A DNA stretch of 64,000 nt, taken from contig OZ242005.1 of NCBI GenBank assembly GCA_965204725.1, forward strand, positions 5,024,001 through 5,088,000, in the 5' to 3' direction. This DNA comes from Candidatus Latescibacterota bacterium (GTDB lineage Bacteria > Latescibacterota > UBA2968 > UBA8231). The notes beneath the pieces were generated by a model. That model made no database searches and was not told the DNA's origin. It was given only the letters and a program-made list of their open reading frames with translations. Of the stretch, positions 37,147 through 47,399 are shown piece by piece (the stretch's first letter is position 1; every line of letters starts with the position of its first letter). A program made the position numbers and the translations under genes.

Positions 37147-38292
37147 GTGATCCCTCGCCCGAAAGATATGCAGCGTCTTGAACAACTCATGGGGCTTTTC
37201 TCCGTCACGGCGATCCTCGGTGCCCGACAGTGCGGCAAAACAACGCTAGCGCGACAATTCGCCGCGGACCACTACTTCGATTTGGAAAATCCACGGGATT
37301 TAGCCCGACTGGAGCAGCCGCAGTTAGCCCTAGAGGATTTGTCCGGGCTGATCGCCATCGACGAAATCCAGCGGGCACCAGACCTGTTCCCCGTACTGCG
37401 ATACCTAGTGGATACCCAGCCCGGCCAGAAATACCTCGTCCTAGGGAGTGCTTCCCGGGATTTGATACGCCAGAGCAGCGAATCCCTAGCGGGCCGCATC
37501 GCCTATTACCACTTGGGAGGATTGCGTCTCGACGATATCGAGCCATCCCACTGGAAACGGCTGTGGTGGCGCGGCGGTTTTCCCAGCTCCTACACCGCTC
37601 CTTCCGAGGTCGCCAGCTCTATGTGGCGCGAGCACTACATTAGCACTTTTCTCGAGCGCGATGTTCCCCAACTGGGCATCAACATCCCCGCCCCCACCTT
37701 GCGGCGGTTCTGGACCATGCTTTGCCACTACCACGCCCAAGTCGTGAACTACGCCGAGGTCGCCCGCAATTTCGGCATAGCAGATATGACGGTGCGGAGA
37801 TACATAGATATTCTCGCCGGTACGTTCATGGTGCGCGTCCTGCAGCCTTGGCACTCCAACACCAGCAAGCGGCTGGTGAAAAGGCCCAAAATTTATCTGC
37901 GGGACTCGGGTCTGTTCCACGCGCTGCTGGCGATTGATAGCATGGAGCAACTCATGGGGCACAACCGGCTAGGGGCGTCGTGGGAGGGCTTTGCCCTAGA
38001 GTGTGCGTGTCGGGCCGTGGAAAAACGCGATGAGGAGCTGTATTTCTGGCGCACCCATACCGGGGCCGAGGTTGACTTGTTCTGGCAGCAGAGCGGCCGC
38101 AACTGGGCGGTGGAGTGCAAGTTTGCGGACGCGCCCCGCGTGACCCGGTCCATGCACAGCGCCAGCGCCGAACTCGACTTAGAACACTTGTGGGTGGTGT
38201 ATCCGGGCAAAGCGCGCTATCGGCTCGACGAGCGCATTACGGCACTGCCGCTGACCGAGGTGCCAGCGGTTTTAGGTGCCAGCGGTTCTTGA
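37147..38292 (+). CDS. AAA_14 + DUF4143 ATPase
   Basis: GARQCGKT, IDEIQ, LGSAS, ESLAGR, RGGFP, PKIYLRDSG, EVDL...VECK. Confidence 0.9.
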   Translation: MIPRPKDMQRLEQLMGLFSVTAILGARQCGKTTLARQFAADHYFDLENPRDLARLEQPQLALEDLSGLIAIDEIQRAPDLFPVLRYLVDTQPGQKYLVLGSASRDLIRQSSESLAGRIAYYHLGGLRLDDIEPSHWKRLWWRGGFPSSYTAPSEVASSMWREHYISTFLERDVPQLGINIPAPTLRRFWTMLCHYHAQVVNYAEVARNFGIADMTVRRYIDILAGTFMVRVLQPWHSNTSKRLVKRPKIYLRDSGLFHALLAIDSMEQLMGHNRLGASWEGFALECACRAVEKRDEELYFWRTHTGAEVDLFWQQSGRNWAVECKFADAPRVTRSMHSASAELDLEHLWVVYPGKARYRLDERITALPLTEVPAVLGASGS

Positions 38293-38321
38293 ACAACTTT
38301 TTCTAAAGGAGGAGGTCTGCC

Positions 38322-38600
38322 ATGCAATCGCTTACTTGTTTAATCAAAAAAGAAGGCAATCAGTACGCCTCGCTGTGCGTCGAACTGGATATTGCCTCTT
38401 GCGGCACAAATAAAAAAGAATCACTGGACAGCTTGAGAGACGCGGCGGAAGCCTATCTAGAGTATATGATTGCTGAGAATCGCCGCGATGAAATCTATCG
38501 GCCTGTGCCCATAGACGAACTTAAAGAGTTCTTATTTGCCGGGGACGAGATTGCCGAACAATCGTTTAAGGCGATCCCGCTGGTGCTCGAACATGCCTAA
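38322..38600 (+). CDS. hicB: HicB-like antitoxin
   Basis: KKEGNQYASLCVELDIASCGT..E...L.DA.E.YL; strong RBS AAGGAGGAGG. Confidence 0.75.
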   Translation: MQSLTCLIKKEGNQYASLCVELDIASCGTNKKESLDSLRDAAEAYLEYMIAENRRDEIYRPVPIDELKEFLFAGDEIAEQSFKAIPLVLEHA

Positions 38601-38823
38601 GAACCTATCCAGCAGGGATGTGGCTTGGATATTGGACCAGATCGGCATACAACTCGTCAGGCGGGGCAAGGAAGACATCTTTGAGGGAGAATACGGAGGC
38701 CGCAATCGCGTAGTCGTCGTGCCGCGCAACAAGCGCAGTATCCCCCAAGGCACATTGAGCTCGATTTGGCGTCAGGCGGGTGTCAACCGGAATATCGCAG
38801 AGGCGATCTGGAACAGGAGATAG
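38593..38823 (+). CDS. hicA: HicA-like toxin (divergent)
   Basis: LSSRDV..IL...G...VR, VVVP, IPQGTLSSIWRQAG. Confidence 0.7.
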   Translation: MPKNLSSRDVAWILDQIGIQLVRRGKEDIFEGEYGGRNRVVVVPRNKRSIPQGTLSSIWRQAGVNRNIAEAIWNRR

Positions 38824-38916
38824 GAACCATACTATTTGCGCCGTATCGTATATAGTTGATATGCGATTGCTCGGCTTATCGGCATACAACCAGCCCAGAC
38901 CACGCAAAGCGGCCTG

Positions 38917-40371
38917 TCATCCGGCGCCCGCTGGATCGCCCTCGAAAAGCACCTGCTTCCCCCTTGCGGTTAGGCGGTACTTCTGCTTGGGACTCCTCGG
39001 CGACTCGGGCTGCGTCCTTTCAACGAGGCCGGTATCTAAGACCGGATGCAGGTAGTTGTAGAGGAATGTTGGACGATGGTGCAACCCAAGGACGTCCATG
39101 GCCTCGCGGACGCTCAAGGGTTTGCTTTTGAGGCAGTTAAGGATGCGTTTTACTTGTTCGGTGGCTTGTTCGGTGGCTTGTTCGGTGGCTTGTTCGGTAT
39201 CTTGTTCGGCGACCTTTGGAGCCGCGATGTTCTCAGGCAACGGCACGGTAACGCGCATCCGCATCCCGATTTCCGCAATCTGTAACTCCGGTAGCCCCAG
39301 CTCTTCTGCCTCGCGGAACATGCGGGGGATGCCGCTGCCCCACTGCTCAATCAGGTTCAACTCGCGGAAGACTCGCGCAATGACGTGATTGCGAATTTTT
39401 GAGAGGCCCTGACGAATGTCGTCGAGGGTCAAACCCGGCAGGAGGATGCCGGGGTTTTCGACCTCAATGCGGTCGTCAAAAAAAGCCACCCGAATAGGCC
39501 CCCCCTTCTGCGAATAGTCGGCGTGAACCAGCGCGTTAATGACCACCTCGCGCAAAATTCCAAGGGGAATGCTCCAGCGGTCTCGGCGACGGATTGCGGA
39601 AAAGTCGGCCCCGCGCATGGCGTGTTTCTTGAGAAACAACAGGATGCTTTCGACTGCCTGCGGCAGCGGGTCGTGCAGTTCGACGTGATCGAAAATATCT
39701 GCTTTGTCCCGCCCGATAAAGCGTCCGCATTGCACCCAAGCGTCGGGAAAGTGTCTTGCCCGTTCTCTGCCGACGAGCAAAACCGCCCCTTTAGTGGGCA
39801 CTCGTCGCCCCTGCTCGTTGGTTAGCAATCTCAGGGTGAGCAACTCCCTTTCGCCGAGGTCGCGCTGGTCGTGGAATAGCTCCTCGAGCACCGCCAAGTC
39901 CAAATCGGCAATGGACAGCTCGGGCATGGGGAGTTCGTCAAAAGCAACGCCTTCGGTCGAGCGTCTCAACTCGGTGCACAATTCCCGGTCGGCCAGCCGA
40001 TTGGTGGAGCCTAAACGGACATAGACCCCGCGCTCAGGGCCTTCGGCCTGCAACCAGTGCGGCCGGGACCCGCTCAGAAACACTTCTACCACGAGCAAGG
40101 TTTTGCCGTTGACCGTGGTCATCTCGACATTCGGAACGAGGCGCGGTCGGATGGAGTCGGCGATCAGGCTGCAAAGCCGTTCCTCTTCGTCGAGTGGATT
40201 CTCTATCCCCACCAACGAGCGAGACCGATCGTCCACGCCAACGATCACCCGCCCACCCGCTGTATTGGCAAAAGCCACGAGGGTTTTCAGTAGGTTTTTA
40301 GGCGAAGACATGTCCCGCTTAAATTCCAGCGTCTTGTCTTCCTCGCGCCTGAGAAGATCAGCAATACTCAT
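38917..40371 (-). CDS. AlbA_2 (Schlafen-like) + HATPase_c_4 + wHTH protein
   Basis: EDKTLEFK, AFANTAGG, REVVINALVHADY, DRIEVENPG, RN, EQWGSG, SPKQKYRLT; ATG 40371 chosen because the longer ORF runs through a MITE. Confidence 0.85.
   Translation of the reverse strand: MSIADLLRREEDKTLEFKRDMSSPKNLLKTLVAFANTAGGRVIVGVDDRSRSLVGIENPLDEEERLCSLIADSIRPRLVPNVEMTTVNGKTLLVVEVFLSGSRPHWLQAEGPERGVYVRLGSTNRLADRELCTELRRSTEGVAFDELPMPELSIADLDLAVLEELFHDQRDLGERELLTLRLLTNEQGRRVPTKGAVLLVGRERARHFPDAWVQCGRFIGRDKADIFDHVELHDPLPQAVESILLFLKKHAMRGADFSAIRRRDRWSIPLGILREVVINALVHADYSQKGGPIRVAFFDDRIEVENPGILLPGLTLDDIRQGLSKIRNHVIARVFRELNLIEQWGSGIPRMFREAEELGLPELQIAEIGMRMRVTVPLPENIAAPKVAEQDTEQATEQATEQATEQVKRILNCLKSKPLSVREAMDVLGLHHRPTFLYNYLHPVLDTGLVERTQPESPRSPKQKYRLTARGKQVLFEGDPAGAG
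39154..39208. repeat. 12-bp tandem repeat (TTGTTCGGTGGC) encoding TEQA linker
   Basis: Three exact and two degenerate units, AEQD-TEQA-TEQA-TEQA-TEQV. Confidence 0.85.
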
Positions 40372-40384
40372 TAGCAATAGCTCT

Positions 40385-40515
40385 AAGTACGCGACACTTA
40401 CTTTGCGTAGCCTTTTCTGCGGTTCCCGTTGCGTCCGGGATCGAGGGCATCTTGCCCTCGCCGAGGGCAAGATGCCCTCGATCCTTGGAAGGATAGCGGC
40501 TGGCGTCGTGTAGTA
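40385..40515. mobile_element. MITE-like element family A, copy 3
   Basis: AGTACGCGAC ... GTCGTGTAGTA ends; palindrome GGATCGAGGGCATCTTGCCCTCG-C-CGAGGGCAAGATGCCCTCGATCC. Confidence 0.75.
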
Positions 40516-40609
40516 AGGCAATAGCCTATAGTACCCCCCAAGTCTTTTCGTCTATATTATTTAGGATTGCGAATTCATGTCAACCGTTCATTGTCCTGAA
40601 AGGAAGTAC

Positions 40610-41599
40610 ATGTCAGACACCGAGGCCGTCGCTCAACTCGGCCAAATTAGGGACCGCATCTACGGCGAGATCGGCCAAGTCGTCATCGGTCAGAAGCAGA
40701 TCGTCGAGGAGCTGCTCATCGCCTTGCTCGCCGGCGGCCACTGCCTGCTGGTAGGCGTACCCGGCTTGGCCAAAACCACGCTCATCCAAACCCTCGCCCG
40801 TACGCTCGATCTCTCCTTTGGCCGCATCCAATTCACCCCGGATCTCATGCCCTCGGACATCACCGGCACTGAAGTACTAGAAGAAGACATCGACACCGGC
40901 CGCAAGGCATTTCGCTTCATCCGCGGGCCTTTGTTTGCCAACGTCATCCTCGCCGACGAAATCAACCGCACCCCTCCCAAGACCCAAGCGGCCCTGCTCC
41001 AAGCCATGCAGGAACACGCCGTAACCGCAGCCGGCGAGACCATGCCGCTCAGCGAGCCGTTCTTCGTGCTCGCCACGCAAAATCCCATTGAGCAGGAGGG
41101 GACCTATCCCCTCCCCGAAGCCCAGCTCGACCGCTTTGTCTTTGAGCTGTGGATCGACTATCCGAGCGACCGCGAGGAAGAGGACATCGTCCGCGCCACC
41201 ACCAGCAGTGCCCAAGCCACCGTCCGCCAAGTCGTGGATGCCCAGCAGATCGTCGAGCTACAACAACTCGTGCGCCGGGTGCCCGTGGCCGACCACTGCG
41301 TCCGCTACGCTGTCTCGCTGGTGCGTTCCTCGCGGCCCGGCGACGCCCAAGCACCGGATTACATCCGCGAAATGGTTAGCTGGGGCGCCGGACCGCGCGC
41401 CTCTCAGTACTTGGTCTTGGCAGCCAAGGCGCGGGCCATCCTCGCTGGCCGACACTCGGTCGCCATTGAGGACATCCGCGCCGTGGCCCTGCCGGTGATG
41501 CGCCACCGCATGGTCGTCAACTTCCACGCCGAAGCCCAAAACATCAGCGCGGTCGGCCTGATCCAACGCCTGCTCGCCGACGTGGCCCCAGAATCCTGA
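40610..41599 (+). CDS. moxR: MoxR family AAA+ ATPase
   Basis: GVPGLAKT, RIQFTPDLMPSD, DEINR, ATQNPIEQEGTYPLPEAQLDRF. Confidence 0.95.
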   Translation: MSDTEAVAQLGQIRDRIYGEIGQVVIGQKQIVEELLIALLAGGHCLLVGVPGLAKTTLIQTLARTLDLSFGRIQFTPDLMPSDITGTEVLEEDIDTGRKAFRFIRGPLFANVILADEINRTPPKTQAALLQAMQEHAVTAAGETMPLSEPFFVLATQNPIEQEGTYPLPEAQLDRFVFELWIDYPSDREEEDIVRATTSSAQATVRQVVDAQQIVELQQLVRRVPVADHCVRYAVSLVRSSRPGDAQAPDYIREMVSWGAGPRASQYLVLAAKARAILAGRHSVAIEDIRAVALPVMRHRMVVNFHAEAQNISAVGLIQRLLADVAPES

Positions 41600-41600
41600 C

Positions 41601-42488
41601 GTGTCTTACCTCCACCCAGAAACCATCTCGCGCCTCTCGCGCCTCGACCTGATTGCGCGCCTCGTGGTTGAAGGCTTTATCACCGGCCTGCACCGCAGCC
41701 CGTACCACGGCTTCTCGGTCGAGTTCTCCGAGCACCGTCCCTATCTGCCGGGCGACCCGCTGCGCGATCTCGATTGGAAAGCCTACGCCAAGTCCGACCG
41801 CCTGTACGTCAAACAGTACGAGGAGGAGACCAATCTCAAAGCCTACCTGCTGCTCGACGTCTCCGGCTCCATGGATTTTGCGGCCGGCGCGCCCCTGAGC
41901 AAGTTTCGCTACGCGGCCTCTTTGGCGAGTGCGTTGGCGTATCTCATGCTCAAGCAACGCGATGCGGTGGGCCTGTTGCTCTACCACCACCAAACCGAGG
42001 CGTACGTTCCGCCGCGCTCGGTGCAAAGCCATCTCCAAGTGCTCCTCAAGACCATTGACCAAGCGAAGCCGCACAGCGAGACGACGATGGCCCCGGCCTT
42101 TCACGATCTCGCCGAGCGCATTCGCCGGCGCGGCCTCGTTATCGTGCTCTCCGACCTACTCGACGCGCCCGAGCAAGTCCTCGAAGGGCTGCGCCACTTC
42201 CGCCACCTGCGGCACGAAGTGATCGTCTTCCACTTGCTCGACCCTCGCGAGCGCGACCTCGCCTTCCGCGATCAGACCCGCTTCTACGACCTTGAAGACC
42301 CCGACCAAACCCTGACCACCCAGCCTTGGCACATCCAGCACGAATACCGCGCGCTGATGGACGATCTGATCCAGACCTATCGGCTCGGGTGCGCCGAGGC
42401 CGGCATTGACTACGCCCTGCTCGACACGGCGACCCCCTTTGACGTGGCCTTATCTCGTTACTTGGCGCAGCGCAAAAAAATGGGCTAG
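41601..42488 (+). CDS. DUF58 (VWA-like) protein
   Basis: GLHRSPYHGFSVEFSEHR.Y.PGD, DWK, DVSGSM, SDL. Confidence 0.92.
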   Translation: MSYLHPETISRLSRLDLIARLVVEGFITGLHRSPYHGFSVEFSEHRPYLPGDPLRDLDWKAYAKSDRLYVKQYEEETNLKAYLLLDVSGSMDFAAGAPLSKFRYAASLASALAYLMLKQRDAVGLLLYHHQTEAYVPPRSVQSHLQVLLKTIDQAKPHSETTMAPAFHDLAERIRRRGLVIVLSDLLDAPEQVLEGLRHFRHLRHEVIVFHLLDPRERDLAFRDQTRFYDLEDPDQTLTTQPWHIQHEYRALMDDLIQTYRLGCAEAGIDYALLDTATPFDVALSRYLAQRKKMG

Positions 42489-42568
42489 TAGCCGCCGCGC
42501 CCTGAAACTTGACCTTTTTGTACAGATTCCTAAGTTCTTGAGACCGCGCCTAGATACAAGGAGCCAAT

Positions 42569-44032
42569 ATGAGCGAAAGCACCCAAACCCTAGAGCAATT
42601 TGCCAACCGCGACTACGAGTGGGGATTCGTCACCGATGTGGAGGCCGACTCGGCCCCGCCCGGCCTCAACGAAGAGACCATCCGCTTCATCTCCGCCAAA
42701 AAGGACGAGCCTGAGTTCATGCTCCAGTGGCGGCTCAAAGCCTACCGCCGCTGGCTCGCGATGGAGGACCCAACGCGCCGCAAAGAAAGCCAGCGCTGGG
42801 CCATGGTCCACTATCCCGACATCAACTACCAAGACATCGTGTACTACTCGGCCCCCAAGAAGAAACAGCTCGACAGCCTCGACGAGGTCGATCCCGAGAT
42901 TTTGGCCACCTACCAGAAGTTGGGCATCCCCCTCGAAGAGCAGAAGATGCTCGCCGGCGTGGCCGTGGACGCCGTCTTCGACAGCGTCTCGGTAGCCACC
43001 ACGTTCAAGGACAAGTTGGCCGAGTTGGGCATCGTCTTTTGCTCCATGTCCGAAGCCATACAAAATCACCCCGCGCTCGTACAAAAATACCTCGGCTCGG
43101 TCGTGCCCTATTCCGACAATTTCTTCGCCACCCTCAACTCCGCGGTCTTTACCGATGGCTCCTTCGTGTACGTGCCGCCGGGCGTGCGCTGCCCCATGGA
43201 GCTATCGACGTACTTCCGCATCAACGCGGCGAACACCGGCCAATTCGAGCGCACCTTGGTCATCGCCGACGAGGGGGCTTATGTGTCGTACTTAGAGGGC
43301 TGCACCGCGCCCATGCGCGACGAAAACCAGCTCCACGCGGCCGTCGTCGAGCTCGTGGCCCTCGGCGACGCCCAGATCAAGTACTCCACCGTGCAGAACT
43401 GGTATCCGGGCGACGAAAACGGCAAAGGCGGGATTTACAACTTCGTCACCAAGCGCGGCGCGTGTCGCGGCGACCGCGCCAAAATTTCGTGGACCCAAGT
43501 CGAGACCGGCTCGGCCATTACTTGGAAGTACCCTAGCTGCATCCTGCAGGGCGATCATTCGGTCGGCGAATTTTACTCGGTGGCCGTCACGTCCAAGCGG
43601 CAGCAGGCCGACACCGGCACCAAGATGCACCACATCGGCAAAAACACCCGCAGCACCATCGTCTCCAAGGGCATTTCTGCCCAGCGCGGCCAAAACACCT
43701 ATCGCGGCAAGGTGCAGGTGCTCAAAAACGCGGCCGGTGCCCGCAACTTCACCCAATGCGATTCCATGCTCATCGGCGACCAATGCGGCGCACACACCTT
43801 CCCCTACATTGAGGTCCGCAATCCCACCGCCCACGTTGAGCACGAGGCTTCCACTTCCAAGATCGGCGAGGACCAGATTTTCTACTGCAACCAGCGCGGG
43901 ATCTCCACCGAAGACGCCATCTCCATGATCGTCAACGGCTTCTGCAAGGAAGTCCTCGCCGAGTTGCCGATGGAGTTCGCCGTCGAGGCGCAGAAGCTGC
44001 TGGGGATTAGCTTGGAGGGGAGTGTTGGGTAG
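42569..44032 (+). CDS. sufB: Fe-S cluster assembly protein SufB
   Basis: [53 protein letters not shown]. Confidence 0.97.
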   Translation: MSESTQTLEQFANRDYEWGFVTDVEADSAPPGLNEETIRFISAKKDEPEFMLQWRLKAYRRWLAMEDPTRRKESQRWAMVHYPDINYQDIVYYSAPKKKQLDSLDEVDPEILATYQKLGIPLEEQKMLAGVAVDAVFDSVSVATTFKDKLAELGIVFCSMSEAIQNHPALVQKYLGSVVPYSDNFFATLNSAVFTDGSFVYVPPGVRCPMELSTYFRINAANTGQFERTLVIADEGAYVSYLEGCTAPMRDENQLHAAVVELVALGDAQIKYSTVQNWYPGDENGKGGIYNFVTKRGACRGDRAKISWTQVETGSAITWKYPSCILQGDHSVGEFYSVAVTSKRQQADTGTKMHHIGKNTRSTIVSKGISAQRGQNTYRGKVQVLKNAAGARNFTQCDSMLIGDQCGAHTFPYIEVRNPTAHVEHEASTSKIGEDQIFYCNQRGISTEDAISMIVNGFCKEVLAELPMEFAVEAQKLLGISLEGSVG

Positions 44033-44048
44033 GTTGAAGGGTAAGCCC

Positions 44049-47000
44049 GTGAATACGACGATAGACCGCCCCAACAGAGACGCGCTCAACAAGGTGCTGG
44101 ACATCTACCGCGACGCCATGCGCCCGTTTATTGTCCGCTCTCTAAAGAGAGTGCGGGGCCAGCAGGTTGAAGGGGTGATCCGCAACGCGCTCAATGACCG
44201 CCAAGCCGAGCAGTTCAGCCAGAACCTGAGTAAGAACGGGCGCGATGCAGCGGCCTCAATAGATATTGGCGACTTTCCCCACCTCATTAGCAGAAAATGG
44301 AACGAGGTCTTCCAACAGCCATTCGGCGACGAGCGAGGGGTCCAAAACGCGCTATGGCTAATAAAGGAAGCGCGAGACAAAGCGGCTCATCCCGGCCCAC
44401 AGGACCTAGATACAGAGTTCGTCCGAACCCACCTGTTTCTCATCGCCGATGTGATTGGCAAAATCAATGCACCAAAGCAGAAGCAGGCCGTAGAAACGAT
44501 CCGGGACCAACTCGCCAGCCCTTCGAGTCAACGTGAGACCCCCGCCAAGAGCCAACCTGCAACGCCACCATCCCGTCTGACCAGCGATCTCGCTCCTTGG
44601 CGGCAGGTCATTCGTCCCAATCCCGATGTGGCCCTAGGGACCTTCCAAGAGGCCGAGTTTGCGGCCGATCTCCAACAGGTCCACGACGGACGCGCCGACG
44701 CAACTCAGTACGGCAATCCAGTCAGCTTCTTCAACCATACGTACATCACCCCGGGCATCCGCACCCTGCTAGTCAACACCTTGCAGCGGCTCAGTGGCAA
44801 CGGGGGCGATCCGGTTATCCAGACCAAAACGGGCTTTGGTGGCGGCAAGACGCACAGCCTCATCGCGCTCTATCATCTAGTGAGTAGCACCGACGCCTTG
44901 ACCAATCCGAGCGGCAATGGCCAAGCGGCGCAGACCCACAACGAGATACGCAGCATTATAGAAGAAGCCGGGCTGGACCCAACTATTGGCGTTCAGGCTC
45001 GCGTCGCCGTGCTCGACGGTACGCATCTTGCGACCACCGATGCCGCCAAAACCCTCAACGGCGATCCGCTCAACACTCTGTGGGGTATGATGGCGTACCA
45101 ACTTGGCGGCCAAGCGGCCTACGACCTAGTCGGCGAAGCGGCGCGACAGGGAACCGCGCCCGGCGGTGCTCAGCTAGACGAGCTGTTCGCACACATCGGA
45201 CCGTGCGTCATCCTCATCGACGAGTTGGTCGCATACGTGCGCAATGCCGGGAACGCACAGGACAGCATCTTAACCTTCGTCCAAGCCCTCACCCAAGCAG
45301 TCCGTAAGAACAGCAACACGGCCCTCGTCGTAACCTTGCCCGAAAGCAGCGTTGAGGCGGGAAGCGAGGCCGGTATAAAGGCCCTCAGCCAACTCGAACA
45401 CTTCCTCGGGCGCATTGAGACTGTGTGGGAACCGCTTGAGACGAACGAAGCGTTTGAAGTGGTGCGCCGCAGACTGTTTGGAAATGACATAGACGAGGCC
45501 GAAAGGGATCGCACCTGCCAAGCCTTCGCCGCTATGTACAGTAGGGCGCGAAACGAGTATCCCCGTGCGGTTGGTGAGCATCACTACCTTGAGCGGCTGC
45601 GAGCCTGCTATCCCATTCACCCGGAGATCTTTGACCGCCTCTATTTGGATTGGTCTTCTATTGCTCAGTTCCAGCGCACGCGCGGCGTCCTGCGGATGAT
45701 GGCCAACTGCGTCAGCCGCCTGTTTTTAGACAACGATTCCTCCCCGCTCATCATGCCGGCGAATCTGACCTTGAGCGATACGGCCTTGGCCAACGAGTTT
45801 GTCAGGCTGCTTGGTAGCCAATGGGGGCCAGTCCTGTCGGAGATCGATAGCAACAACTCCAGAACCGACAACATGGACCGGGCATCCCAGCGATTCAGCG
45901 AGGTCGGCGGTGCTGCTCGGCGCATAGCCCGCACAATTTTCCTCGGCAGTTCCGGCAGCGGTGCTGTCAAAGGCATTGATGCCCGTCAGATTCGCCTCGG
46001 CGTAGTACAGCCCAAACACGGAGTCTCGGTGTACAACGATGCCCTCGGCCAAATTAGCGGCGATCTCTACTACCTTTATAGTAGTGAGGGACGGTACTAC
46101 TTCCACGCCGAGGAAAACCTCAACAAGGTCGCCACGGACCGCGCTACGGCCCTGAGCGGCAGAGACATTAACGACCACATCGTCGCGCAGTTGCAAGAGG
46201 CGGTTGGACGCCGCTCAGACATCATCGTCTGCCCAGCCGATTCGCGGGCCGTGCCCGACGCCGATGCGGTGCGCCTCGTGCTTTTGCTTCCTGATAGGTC
46301 GCTGCCGAGCCGCGCCAGCGAGAAAGACGACGCCGAGCTAGCAGTGCAGCAGATGCTACAGTACTGTGGTGACTCCCTCCGGGTCCGCAGGAACACCCTG
46401 CTCTTTCTGGCGGCGAGAAAAGACGAGATTCGCGATCTGAACAACCGGGTTAAGCGGTTCCTCGCTTGGCATTCCATCGTCAACGGCGAGCGCCGCATTG
46501 AAAATCTTTCGGGCGACCGTCTCAAACAGGCTCAGAGCAGTCTCCGGGCGGCGGAAGCAGAGGTGCGAACTGCTCTGGTCGGAGCGTACCGCTGGGCCAT
46601 CGCCCCGGTCCAAGACGATCCGCAGAAGGCCGAATATCGCTTGGCGGTCTCTCAAGTTGGTGCGACCGACGGCGAGATTATTGACAATGCTTTCGACAAG
46701 TTCATCGGGGACGAGGCCCTCGTAGAGCACATAAGCCCTTCGGCGTTGGCTACCCTGTTGAAGCAGTACGTATGGAATAATCCCAACCACCAAGACCACA
46801 TTAGCATAGATGGCTTGTGGGATATGATGACCCGCTATGTGTACATGCACCGCCTGCGAAGTAGAGCGGTCCTGCAACGTTGTATCGAGCAAGGTGTGCC
46901 CGACGGAGCTTTTGGCTACGCTGAGTCCTACGATGGGGAGCAGTACGAGGGGATGCGCTTCCGCGAGCCGGTTGGGAGCGCGGCGTCGAGTGCGGGCGAG

Positions 47001-47390
47001 CGCAGCGCAACGTTGCTGGTCAATCCTGAGATGGCGGTGCTGGTAGTGGAAGAAGGTGGGGAGACTCCAGAAGACTTGGAACCCTCAACCGACGACACAG
47101 ACCCCGGCACCGCTAAACCCACTACAATCGTCGATTCCGAGACGCCGCTACCTGCATCGCATGGCCCCACGCGCATCGTCGCCAGCAAGACGACCGCAAA
47201 CGACGTATCGCTGGACGACATTAGCCAGTTGCGCGAGGAGATTATCCGCATCCTACGAGATGGCGGCAGCACGGTAACTGTTACTATTACCATCACGGCG
47301 GACAAGGCCGATGGCTTCTCCGAGAGCACGGCGCGGGCTGTGCGCGAGAACAGTGTACAGCTTGGACTGAATTTCAAGGAACTTGACTAG
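44049..47390 (+). CDS. DUF499 ATPase with N-terminal Swt1-like HEPN domain
   Basis: PWRQVIRP..DV, AEFAADL, QTKTGFGGGKTHSLIALYH, ILIDELVAY, FEVVRRRLF, YPIHPE, FQRTRGVLR; N-terminal RDKAAH (Rx4H). Confidence 0.9.
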   Translation: MNTTIDRPNRDALNKVLDIYRDAMRPFIVRSLKRVRGQQVEGVIRNALNDRQAEQFSQNLSKNGRDAAASIDIGDFPHLISRKWNEVFQQPFGDERGVQNALWLIKEARDKAAHPGPQDLDTEFVRTHLFLIADVIGKINAPKQKQAVETIRDQLASPSSQRETPAKSQPATPPSRLTSDLAPWRQVIRPNPDVALGTFQEAEFAADLQQVHDGRADATQYGNPVSFFNHTYITPGIRTLLVNTLQRLSGNGGDPVIQTKTGFGGGKTHSLIALYHLVSSTDALTNPSGNGQAAQTHNEIRSIIEEAGLDPTIGVQARVAVLDGTHLATTDAAKTLNGDPLNTLWGMMAYQLGGQAAYDLVGEAARQGTAPGGAQLDELFAHIGPCVILIDELVAYVRNAGNAQDSILTFVQALTQAVRKNSNTALVVTLPESSVEAGSEAGIKALSQLEHFLGRIETVWEPLETNEAFEVVRRRLFGNDIDEAERDRTCQAFAAMYSRARNEYPRAVGEHHYLERLRACYPIHPEIFDRLYLDWSSIAQFQRTRGVLRMMANCVSRLFLDNDSSPLIMPANLTLSDTALANEFVRLLGSQWGPVLSEIDSNNSRTDNMDRASQRFSEVGGAARRIARTIFLGSSGSGAVKGIDARQIRLGVVQPKHGVSVYNDALGQISGDLYYLYSSEGRYYFHAEENLNKVATDRATALSGRDINDHIVAQLQEAVGRRSDIIVCPADSRAVPDADAVRLVLLLPDRSLPSRASEKDDAELAVQQMLQYCGDSLRVRRNTLLFLAARKDEIRDLNNRVKRFLAWHSIVNGERRIENLSGDRLKQAQSSLRAAEAEVRTALVGAYRWAIAPVQDDPQKAEYRLAVSQVGATDGEIIDNAFDKFIGDEALVEHISPSALATLLKQYVWNNPNHQDHISIDGLWDMMTRYVYMHRLRSRAVLQRCIEQGVPDGAFGYAESYDGEQYEGMRFREPVGSAASSAGERSATLLVNPEMAVLVVEEGGETPEDLEPSTDDTDPGTAKPTTIVDSETPLPASHGPTRIVASKTTANDVSLDDISQLREEIIRILRDGGSTVTVTITITADKADGFSESTARAVRENSVQLGLNFKELD

Positions 47391-47399
47391 GAACACGCC

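Noticed and set aside
39154-39208. Phase-variation switch
   Set aside because: The 12-bp unit keeps the frame, and such linker repeats are common in this family
2372-40515. Palindromic repeats as integron attC sites
   Set aside because: No RYYYAAC/GTTRRRY core sites, no integrase and no tandem cassette array
40372-40521. 50-aa N-terminal extension of the AlbA ORF
   Set aside because: It is translation through MITE family A; the domain starts at MSIADLL
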